This document shows positions 54,924-64,000 of a stretch of DNA of 64,000 bases, piece after piece (the first letter of the stretch is position 1; the number at the start of each line of letters is the position of its first letter). Position numbers and translations under genes: made by a program. This stretch comes from Macrostomum lignano (Eukaryota): NCBI GenBank assembly GCA_002269645.1, contig NIVC01003040.1, forward strand, positions 1 through 64,000, given 5' to 3'. The notes under the pieces were generated by a model that made no database searches, had not been told where the DNA came from, and worked only from the letters and a program-made list of their open reading frames with translations.

Positions 54924-55435
54924 AAGGGGCGTCGCCATGGTTTTTTTGGTGAGGGGGGGGACAAAGCCAGGAATTCTACATGTACATTTTTTCAGAATCG
55001 GTGTTGTAAGCGCTCATTTTGGCGCCACAGGCACTCATTGTAGCTCCACAGGCATTAATTTTAGCGCTGCAGGCACTCATTTTAGCGCTGCAGGCACTCA
55101 TTTTAGCGCCGCAGGCACTCATTTTAGCGCTGCAGGCACTCATTTTAGCGCTGCAGGCACTCATTTTAGCGCTGCAGGCACTCATTTTAGCGCTGCAGGC
55201 ACTCATTTTAGCGCTGCAGGCACTCATTTTAGCGCCGCAGGCACTCATTTTAGCGCCGCAGGCACTTATTTTGGCGCCGCGGGCGCTATGTTGAGTCGCT
55301 CTGAAGCAAATTTTTAAATTTCCAAATCGGATCACAAGGTGGGGGTGGGAGGAGGACAAAGGATTGGCATGTCCCCGATAGCTTTTACTGGGGGGACATG
55401 TCCCCCCTGTCCTCCCTCCGGTGGCGACGCCCCTG
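54924..55435. mobile_element. MITE-like element with 13-bp TIRs and an internal 21-bp tandem array
   Basis: AGGGGCGTCGCCA (54925-54937) and TGGCGACGCCCCT (55422-55434). Subterminal GGGGGGACATGTCCCCCC palindrome. (CACTCATTTTAGCGCTGCAGG)n at about 55010-55280. TSD only partly preserved (ctatcgact vs ggatcgagt). Confidence 0.7.
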
Positions 55436-56856
55436 GGATCGAGTTTGTTAAGACAAAGGGGGAAGGCCCGTTTCACTGAACCCTGAGCATTCGGGTTGAT
55501 GCGTACGCTGGCTCATTTTCACATAGGATCTGAGTAGAAGTGAGTACGGCCGCTAACAGAATCGAACTTGGTAAACTCGACTAGTGCCTCCCCTAAGCCT
55601 TCTGGACTCAAAATTTAATGGTGATTTTAATATGCTTTGAGCCCCCCTCTCGATAAAAGCTGCTGGGCTGCAGCGGTCCAGCTAGCAGTAATTAAAAAGC
55701 CGTGGCGGAACGGAGCTGCGAGTTCCTTGGGCGACGAAAACGATTTATTTTTCATTAAAATATCAGCGGCGACGAATGCGCAGTTAATGCAGCGCCGCGG
55801 GTTTCTGGCGCGAGTGGGGTGGTCGGTTTAAAAATGCAGCTTTCCGCTTTTGTCTCTCCGCCGGAATTTCTGCTTCCATTTGCCATTTTCCTCCATTTTT
55901 TCGGGAGCCGGGTTGAGGAAGAATAGCAGTTTTTTGGGGGATTTTTGTAGCTCGCGCTACAATGGGATCGGTGAGCTGTGGCGGCCACCTCATCACCTCT
56001 GCATCCGCGATGTCTGATCTGTGAGCAGGAATTGAGCGATATATCCGATATATTTTATTTCAAGCAATCAAAGCTCATTGCTACGGTTGAATGCACTGGG
56101 AGCGTGACTATTTTATCGATTTTTTAACAGTAGAAAGACCAGGCTATTTTTCCCCATGGGGAATTGACCACGGGGGTGTATTACAAATACACACGACCGC
56201 TTTCACGATAGCTCGCAAACCGAATTACCGATCTTCGTAAAAGTCCACCATATGGATCAAACTTTTTCGCCCTTTCCGATGAACTAACTTTCAAAGTCAT
56301 CCGACGTCAGCATCGTCGAGATATTCAACGATTCTTGTCGAAGACACTGGTGGCAAGGACAACCAACACTACACTGTATAAACCTTTATGGTAAATCCAT
56401 ATTGGCTCAATAATCTGGGTCCATCTGTCGTAGAAGCCTTTGTTCTCAGCATCCTAGGCACCAGGGTCCCCTTCATCTCCGTCTGGAGCAGCGGCGGCGA
56501 CCGTCGGGACCTTCAACAAAAGCACCCGATCGGCATCTCAGAGGCGGATGCGTTCCCAAAACTGAAATGGAAGAATCCTCTTCTGCATGCAGCATTCAGT
56601 CAGTAGACACAATCGGTGAATGAAATGGACGATGGCGACCCTCTAGGCTGACCTGTAGACATACAGGCGACCTTCGGGACCTTCAACGGAGTGCCACCTT
56701 GCGGCCCTGATGAGCTGGCACCACCAACATCGTGATTTTTCTATCAAGGCACCAAACCAGGCATGTCTGCATATTATACAATGATCCTGCACCATGTTAA
56801 ATTGGAGAGTTACAGATTTATCTGGCGACTGAAAAATAGAAAATATATTTAATTTG

Positions 56857-57322
56857 TCAAAAATGATATTACAGCATGTCAAAAATGATATTACAGCATG
56901 TCAAAAATGACATTACAGCATGTAAAAATGATATTACAGCATGTCAAAAATGATATTACAGCATGTCAAAAATGATATTACAGCATGTCAAAAATGATAT
57001 TACAGCATGTCAAAAATGATATTACAGCATGTCAAAAATGACATTACAGCATGTCAAAAATGATATTACAGCATGTCAAAAATGACATTACAGCATGTCA
57101 AAAATGATATTACAGTATATCAAAAATGATATTACAGCATGTCAAAAATGATATTACATCATGTCAAAAATGATATTACAGCATGTCAAAAATGATATTA
57201 CATCATGTCAAAAATGATATTACAGCATGTCAAAAATGATATTACATCATGTCAAAAATGATATTACAGCATGTCAAAAATGATATTACATCATGTCAAA
57301 AATGATATTACAGCATGTCAAA
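56857..57322. repeat. 22-bp tandem array (GTCAAAAATGATATTACAGCAT), about 21 copies, at the inner end of the left arm
   Basis: Period 22 (56943, 56965). An inverted about 3-copy counterpart lies at about 60130-60195. Confidence 0.95.
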
Positions 57323-57397
57323 ATTGATTCGCCTGGGTAGAGGCAACTTTGCAACGGTGAAGTCTTCTACTTAAATCAATTATAGCAAATCACTGAG

Positions 57398-57739
57398 TCA
57401 TGTTCTTCGAAGCTTCCGAATGACCAGGCGAATGAACTGTTCAGCCGTGATGTTCTCGTGGACCGCAGGTGGGGCTGAATCCACAACCTCTCCACCGGTA
57501 ACACTTCGCAGGTAGCGCTTGATTTCTTCTGGGTAGTTAAACTGCATGACGGCGAACTGTTCCTGCTTACCAAATCGCTTCAGATATCGGGCCCAGATTG
57601 TGTACGCATCATGTCTGCCAGCCTTGCTGTTGCAATTTCTATAGCGCTCGCACCAGGAAATGAAGCCCTTGGCGTCGTTGTCTGTGGCTCCATTTTCTAT
57701 GAGATATCTGTGCAACAGTTGCACCTCAGTGACTGCCAT
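57398..57739 (-). CDS. Transposon passenger ORF, 113 aa, function unknown (weak KolX/P2X7-ballast-like motif)
   Basis: ATG at 57739 in good context (acaATGg), TGA at 57400-57398. Uninterrupted and non-repetitive, with globular-looking composition. A TATA box lies upstream. Confidence 0.65.
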   Translation of the reverse strand: MAVTEVQLLHRYLIENGATDNDAKGFISWCERYRNCNSKAGRHDAYTIWARYLKRFGKQEQFAVMQFNYPEEIKRYLRSVTGGEVVDSAPPAVHENITAEQFIRLVIRKLRRT

Positions 57740-57934
57740 TGTGTAAGGACGCAACCGGTTTGTGAATGGGATTTTAGCAAGATTCCGGAAAGACTGAAGA
57801 ACTGAAGATGTGCTGGTTTTTGTAACAGTGCAATCTCTCGCCTCGCTTTGCCTCCCTTTCTTCCAGGCGGTTATTCTTTCTTGATTCCCGAGCCTGAGGG
57901 CTTCGCGATGGCTGCTCTGAAAGTTCTGTGACTA

Positions 57935-57944
57935 CTTATATATA
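57935..57944 (-). promoter_or_regulatory. TATA box (TATATATAAG) for the passenger ORF
   Basis: Minus-strand TATATAAG about 25 bp upstream of an Inr-like TCAGAG (57920) and about 200 bp upstream of the ATG. Confidence 0.5.
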
Positions 57945-58453
57945 GTGCCTACAAAGGTATGTACTGATTTCACTGTGGGACGCAGGCGCATGCATTTTAT
58001 GCCGGGATTATATGTATGTTCCACCGCTGGTAACGATGAATAATCTATTGAAGCTTGGAAATGTCGTCCCTCCTGTTGAGTTTACTGTATCTGGGGCGGG
58101 GGGGGGGGCAACTGTTACTAGGGGGTTTAGCCACAGTCGGTCGGTCCCTGGAGGGGGTGGGGGGGTGACTCGCGTTCAGACTAAGAATATCTAACTCACG
58201 ACTCTCAATCCTGATTAGCTAGATTACCCCTGCAGGTATACCATCACTTCGTCTCAACTTCCATTCTGACGCACGTGTCCGCTGGGCCCATTAATTTAAT
58301 TAGTTTAATCTTTCTGATACTATTCAGCTTAGCTTCGCCAAATCTCTCGCACGTGGCAGAAACTGTTGCTGCTTGGGTAAACGTCTTATAAATTCTGCTT
58401 CTCGTCCAAACTGGCACACATCTATCCGGTAGAACAAATTCTCCTGCTTCTGA

Positions 58454-60128
58454 ATGGCAGAGACTCTTGCTGACAGCGATTCGGATGAAGAGTTTTCTCC
58501 AGATAAGAGTGGTCCAGATGAAAGAAAAATTCTGTTCGACATTTCTCATGACCCAATCAACTCCCCCCACATCCAAGACGATGGGCTAGTGACAGTTTTT
58601 CTCGGTTGACAGACGAACTCAATCTACGCATTAATTGGAAGGAGTGCGCTGAAACGGAGAGCGGCACACTGATGGGCTTCTTCGATGACTCCATGCTGGA
58701 TTTGATCACAGCTGCAACGAATGAGAGCATCAGCTCAACATGTGGAGACTCAGCTGAGCTGGCAAGCAGAATGGAGATTGAGGGGCTAATCGGTGCTCTA
58801 CTGTACAGCGGAGCCAACGATCTGCGCAATGTCGCCCTGATAGACTTGTGGAGCACTGATGTGAATTCTGGCTACCATCCACTGCTGCAGTGTGCGTTCA
58901 GCCGAAATCGATTTCTACTACTTTGGTGCAACCTGTGCTTCGAAACTGCCGAACATAGTCAGCGGACTGTCACAACGGACAAGCTCTACGGCATCCGACG
59001 CCTGTGGGACACCTTTGTCAGTCAGCTGCGCCATCCTGTCCTTCCCGGGCCGTACCTCTGCGTCGACGAAGCTCTGGTTGTCTACTGGGGTGTGGACTGT
59101 GACTTCACGGTCTTTCTGAAGGAGAAGCCCGGTCGCAATGGTGCCAAGCTGTTCCTGCTGACATCGGCTGGGAATCCAGAGATTCAGGATGACATGGACA
59201 TCCGCTATGAGTTCAATGCGGAAATCTGCACTGGCAAAGGAACACTGCTGTCCACTACTTTTGCATCATAGGAATCCGATGCTCGGCTAGCCAAGGGCTC
59301 AGAGGTGTGGAGTGGTGAGCAAGTTGTTTGCCGCTTGGCTGATCCATTCAAAGGACACTGGTACAGCATCACATGTGACAGATTCTTCTCGAGTCCTGCG
59401 CTGGCCAATCACTTGTACCGAGAAATGAGATTCACGTTTCTTGGAACAGTGATGCGCACTCGTGGTGGCCTGCCAGCCGATCTCAAGAATTCAACTCAAA
59501 CCATGGCTCCACACACGAGCGAATTCCGGTTTTCTGAGGAGCTCACGTGTGTGTCCTACTGCCCTAAGGCGGGCCGAAACGTGATGTTGCTGTCCACCAT
59601 GCACCACGACAGACAACTGCTTCCCAATGGCAAGCCTGTAGCAATAGGCACGTACTACAATTCTACCAAGAGTGGCACGGACACCTGCAACAGGATGTTC
59701 CGCACATCCGACTGCAAGCGAAAGTCCGACTCATGCGAGAAGGCAATCTTCTCCGGCGGCATACTCAACATAGCAGCTGTGAATGCCGCTGCCATCTGGA
59801 GACTGGCGCACCCGGAGCTCTGCGCCTCGCCGAACTATCGCAACGAGTTCCAGCGCAAGGCAGCTGCGCGACATCTGCAACCTCTGATCGAGAAGCGCTC
59901 GCAATCGGCCGCTCTTCTTCAGAATCTGTCCAATCATCACCGGCTGATGATCCAGCTCGCAGGTTGTCAAATCAACGACGAGCAAATGAAGGAACAGGCA
60001 AGCGTGCCTTGAGTGCGACAACAAGGAAGTGTTGCATATGTGATGAAGGAATTTGCCGAAGACACACTGCGATGAAAATTGACTCCGCTTTTGTGTCTAT
60101 GTGTCGGTGTTCAGATCCTTTGCACTGA
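58454..60128 (+). pseudogene. piggyBac (PGBD/DDE_Tnp_1_7-type) transposase, disrupted
   Basis: Acidic N-terminus MAETLADSDSDEEF (ATG at 58454). Catalytic motifs [16 protein letters not shown] and KSGTD, plus [15 protein letters not shown] and VMLLSTMH. C-terminal Cys-rich remnant CLEC..KCCIC...IC RRH. Lesions: frameshift near 58500-58560, nonsense TAG at 59269-59271 (CAG in the other copy), frameshift(s) near 59990-60030. Confidence 0.92.
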
Positions 60129-61479
60129 ATTTGCTGTAATGTCATTTTAGACATGCTGTAATATCATTTTTGACATGCTGTAATATCATTTTTTACAAAT
60201 TAAATATTTTATTTTTTCAGTCGCCAAATAAATCTGTAACTCTCCAATTTAACATGGTGCAAAAGCATTGTATAATATGCAGACATGCCTAGTTTGGAGC
60301 CTTGATAGAAAAATCACGATTTTGGGGGTGCCAGCTCGTCGGGGCCGCGTGGGTGGCACTCCGTTAAGGTCCAGAAGGTCGCCTGTATGTCTACAGGTCA
60401 ACCTAGAGGGTCGCCATCGTCCATTTCATTCACCGATTGTGTCTACTGACTGAATGCTGCATGCAGAAGAGGATTATTCCATTTCAGTTTTGGGAACGCA
60501 GCCGCCTCTGAGACGCCGATCGGGTGCTTTTGTTGAAGGTCCCGACGGTCGCCGCCGTTGCTCCAGACGGAGATGAAGGGGACCCTGGGGCCTGGGACGC
60601 TGAGAACAAAGGCCTCACGACCGATATGCATAGTTTGTTGAGCCGACGTGGTTTCATGATGAGATTTTGTGAGCAGAAAAATTTTGCCAATGTTGGTGGT
60701 TTTTGTCACCAGACACCTCGAGGAGAATCGTTGAATATCTCGACGATGCCGATAATTCGTGATTCTCGAAGTTGCTTCATCGAATAGAGCGGAAAATTTT
60801 AGCCCGTGTTCTGGATTTTCATGGCAATCGGTTAAATATTCTTGGAGATCCAGACAAAGGAAAATGTGTGTATTTGAAATACACCCCCATGGTCTTTCTA
60901 CTGTTAATGCGACTGGGTCCGCGAGTTACCGATATCCCTAGTGCCTTTTGGAGTGACTTGAGAGTGACTGCGGGAGAGACAGCGAGAGTGAGCTCATTGG
61001 CGACTCACATCTTTCTGCCAGCTAAGCAGGCGGGAGGGCCTTCGGGCGTGGTCCCGATCTCCTTCGATCGGCTCAAGTCGCAGGGAGCAGAAGAGGATGA
61101 ATGGAGGGCAAAAGCCGTGAAATTCGAGTTGCAGCCCTGAATGGGATGGAGAATTGGGAGATCAGCAGAGACGATAAGGCTCGGGAACGGGATGCGCGAG
61201 ACAAATAGGAGAGAAGAATTCAGAGAGAGAGATCAGGAGGCTTTAATCCGATTTAATCTGATTAAGGACCTGTTTACCGGTCAGGTGTGACACAAGGATC
61301 ACCTTAGAATAACGAATTCAAAAGCAGCATTGGGAAACTACAAGTGCAGAACTGAAATTGCATGAGCCTAACATTAATAAAGTAACAGAATCTGTCGTGA
61401 GACTTTCCGCTTATAATTTGAGTATATTTTTACTGGAAATGTGAGTGTGACGTTGCTCAGAATACATGCAGCATAGGAA

Positions 61480-61880
61480 TTCCCCTTAGCATGCTAGAGA
61501 AGCGTTCCAAGGTCACTCAAAATAGCATTGGAATTCCCTCAGCAGGGGGCAAGGAAGACTTGCCAAGTTCTACAAGGAATGCATTCGAATAAAATCACTA
61601 GACATGTGTGTAACGTCGCCAAGAATATATGCATTCCCCTTAGGAATTCCCCTTAGCATGCTAGATAAGCGCGTCTAGGTCGCAAAGATTAGATTCGGGA
61701 TTCCCCCAGCATGCACGAGAAGCGTGCCAAGGTCGCAAGATTCGGGATCCCCCCCACTATGCGCGAGAAGCGTGCCAAGGTTGCAAAATTAGATTCTGGA
61801 TTCCCCACAGCATGCACGAGAAGCGTGTCAAGGTCACAAATATTTGATTCGGGATTCCCCCAGCATGCAAGAAAGGCGTG
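61480..61880. repeat. Degenerate tandem repeat (GGATTCCCCCAGCATGCACGAGAAGCGTGCCAAGGTC-like)
   Basis: Direct reading of recurring ATTCCCC..AGCATG..GAAGCG..CAAGGTC units. Confidence 0.7.
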
Positions 61881-62337
61881 CCACAAGGTCAGAAAAAATG
61901 CATTCGAGATTCCCTCAGTATGTAAAAAAACGTATCAAGTGTCAAGGCCACAGCGGAGACTTTTTCACTACGTTTTTTCCTTTAGTCTAAGATTGCAGGC
62001 AGAAAAATTGTGTGATATGTTGAACTCAAACGAAAACAAAACATTTCATTCATACTACTTCATAAAAGAGTAGTACCATAAATGAAAAATAATTTTTCTT
62101 ACAGATCATAGATCTAATAACCAGCTTGAAATAACTAGCACTTCAGAACTGCTCATTAGCTGAGGTGCTGCTCTACTAATCCTCATTTGGAAGAGCTCTC
62201 AGGGCGCACGGCACGGGCGTAGCTTTTTTTAAGTTTGCTTTTTGCAGTTGCAGCCTGACCTGATTTTTTATTTTCAGAATTTCAAGCATTCAAGTTCGTG
62301 CTATCCTGGACTTGTTCTCAGCCTGTTTTCTTCACCT

Positions 62338-62857
62338 TGCTGTTGATGCTGTCACTCTGTCTGTCCCGCTCTCAGCACTCTGTTCACTCCTGCTGCTGTT
62401 GATGCTGTCACTCTGTCTGTCCCGCTCTCAGCACTCTGTTCACTCCTGCTGCAGCTGATGCTGTTACTCTGTCTGTCCCGCTCTCAGCACTCTGTTCACT
62501 CCTGCTGCTGTTGATGCTGTCACTCTGTCTGTCCCGCTCTCAGCACTCTGTTCACTCCTGCTGCAGCTGATGCTGTTACTCTGTCTGTCCCGCTCTCAGC
62601 ACTCTGTTCACTCCTGCTGCTGTTGATGCTGTCACTCTGTCTGTCCCGCTCTCAGCACTCTGTTCACTCCTGCTGCTGTTGATGCTGTTACTCTGTCTGT
62701 CCCGCTCTCAGCACTCTGTTCACTCCTGCTGCTGTTGATGCTGTCACTCTGTCTGTCCCGCTCTCAGCACTCTGTTCACTCCTGCTGCTGTTGATGCTGT
62801 TACTCTGTCTGTCCCGCTCTCAGCACTCTGTTCACTCCTGCTGCTGTTGATGCTGTC
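62338..62857. repeat. 56-bp tandem array, about 9 copies
   Basis: TGTTGATG recurs at 62341 and 62397. Confidence 0.95.
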
Positions 62858-63609
62858 AAGCACCAGTGCAGTATTTACTTTTCCATAAAGGCAGGTTAGT
62901 GCTCGCAAATTGACTGGAGTAGCCAAGCTAGTTACGGAAAGGACAAAACCTGTGTGCCTGGAGCGGCACGAACAGCAAACAAGGTCAGGACCGAGCCGCC
63001 ATGGAAATTGCTGGGTTTTCGGAGTCGCGCGCTTATGGCAAAGATGTTGCTGCTGCTCAGAGGTTGTAAAAACAGCCATCAGTGACCCCGCTACTTATCG
63101 TATGCGAAGGGGCCCCCGGCTGTGGGAGCATTAATCTTAAAACTGTACCTCAAATTCATAGTTTTGAGGTCTGCTCACCACCTGATCCCAGCACTGGCAA
63201 ATCCTTCGCTGCCGCAAAATGCACTGCCGAAATGGGAAATTTTCAGCATTTGGCAAAAATCGACCGAGAGGGTTGGTTCGCGCGTTTGCTAATGTGCTTG
63301 CCAGTCTTCAATTTACATGTACTTTTGAATCAAACCCAGGCAGTACTTCAGTATACAGATGATAAAGCTGAAGAATGCAGCCGTCAGTTAACTCGAAATC
63401 CTTCATTTTCAGCTGCACTGCTTTTTTGTACGGGTTGGATTTATTGTGGACAAATGTATTGTACAATGCGCATCTGGCAAGTGCTTAAGAACAGGATCAA
63501 TAAGACAATGCTTTAGACTCAGTCTGAAGAGATGCGGAAGAGAGTTCTGGCAGGTAAATTTGCAGACTTTTTCGAATAGTAAGTGATTATCTCCCTCTTC
63601 TTAAGTGAT

Positions 63610-64000
63610 TATTTCTCTCCCCTCTTCTCTCTTCCACTCCTTTATTCTCTCCCCTCTTCTCTCTTCCATTCCTTTATTCTCTCCCCTCTTCTCTCTTCCA
63701 CTTCTTTATTCTCTCCCCTCTTCTCTCTTCCATTCCTTTATTCTCTCCCCTCTTCTCTCTTCCATTCCTTTATTCTCTCCCCTCTTCTCTCTTCCACTCC
63801 TTTATTCTCTCCCCTCTTCTCTCTTCCACTTCTTTATTCTCTCCCCTCTTCTCTCTTCCATTCCTTTATTCTCTCCCCTCTTCTCTCTTCCATTCCTTTA
63901 TTCTCTCCCCTCTTCTCTCTTCCACTCCTTTATTCTCTCCCCTCTTCTCTCTTCCACTCCTTTATTCTCTCCCCTCTTCTCTCTTCCACTCCTTTATTCT
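63610..64000. repeat. 32-bp CT-rich tandem array (TTTATTCTCTCCCCTCTTCTCTCTTCCAYTCC)n running off the window
   Basis: Period 32 (63673, 63705). Confidence 0.95.

Larger units (their letters stand above)
56128..60903 (+). mobile_element. piggyBac-like DNA transposon, 4776 bp, with long inverted arms, satellite arrays, a passenger gene and a decayed transposase
   Basis: Perfect TTAA TSD (56124-56127 and 60904-60907). 14-bp TIR CAGTAGAAAGACCA at both ends. piggyBac-type transposase inside. Confidence 0.95.

Noticed and set aside
56388-56606. Recurrent ORFs in the transposon arms (662-901, 2782-3171, 56388-56606, 60443-60709; ...[10 protein letters not shown]...HAAFSQ)
   Set aside because: They recur only because the arms are inverted repeats. 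Of 8 differences counted between left and right arm versions, 7 are non-synonymous, and the 662 copy is frameshifted, so there is no sign of coding constraint.
56128-60903. Classifying the element as Kolobok because of the TTAA TSD and two head-to-head ORFs
   Set aside because: The transposase motifs (VDE, DxFFSS, GTD, KPxxxGxK, C-terminal Cys-rich domain) are piggyBac-type, and the termini start with C rather than the purine pair typical of Kolobok.

Overview
Eukaryotic (metazoan) genomic DNA with GC-rich spliced exons, AT-rich spacers and about 30 micro/minisatellite arrays that cover roughly a quarter of the window. This style is consistent with a flatworm such as Macrostomum, but that is inference. 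Genes rebuilt by hand from GT-AG junctions and phase consistency: (1) a large secreted Asp-rich protein with thrombospondin-type-3-like DxDxDGIPD repeats (minus, 11391 to <1, at least 10 exons); (2) tektin-1; (3) an intronless Ras-association-domain protein; (4) a clan-2 cytochrome P450; (5) two orphan ORFs; (6) a class I SAM methyltransferase; (7) a TTLL3/8-type tubulin glycylase; (8) an atypical neuronal-calcium-sensor-like EF-hand protein. Two copies of one TTAA-targeting piggyBac-like family are present: a 4.8-kb copy (56128-60903) and an internally deleted 2.8-kb copy (404-3189). The family is unusual. It has about 0.7-kb inverted arms ending in 22-bp satellite arrays, and the long copy carries an intact passenger gene with its own TATA box, head-to-head with a decayed transposase. 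The passenger has a motif pattern resembling the KolX/P2X7-ballast domain. No database searches were run.
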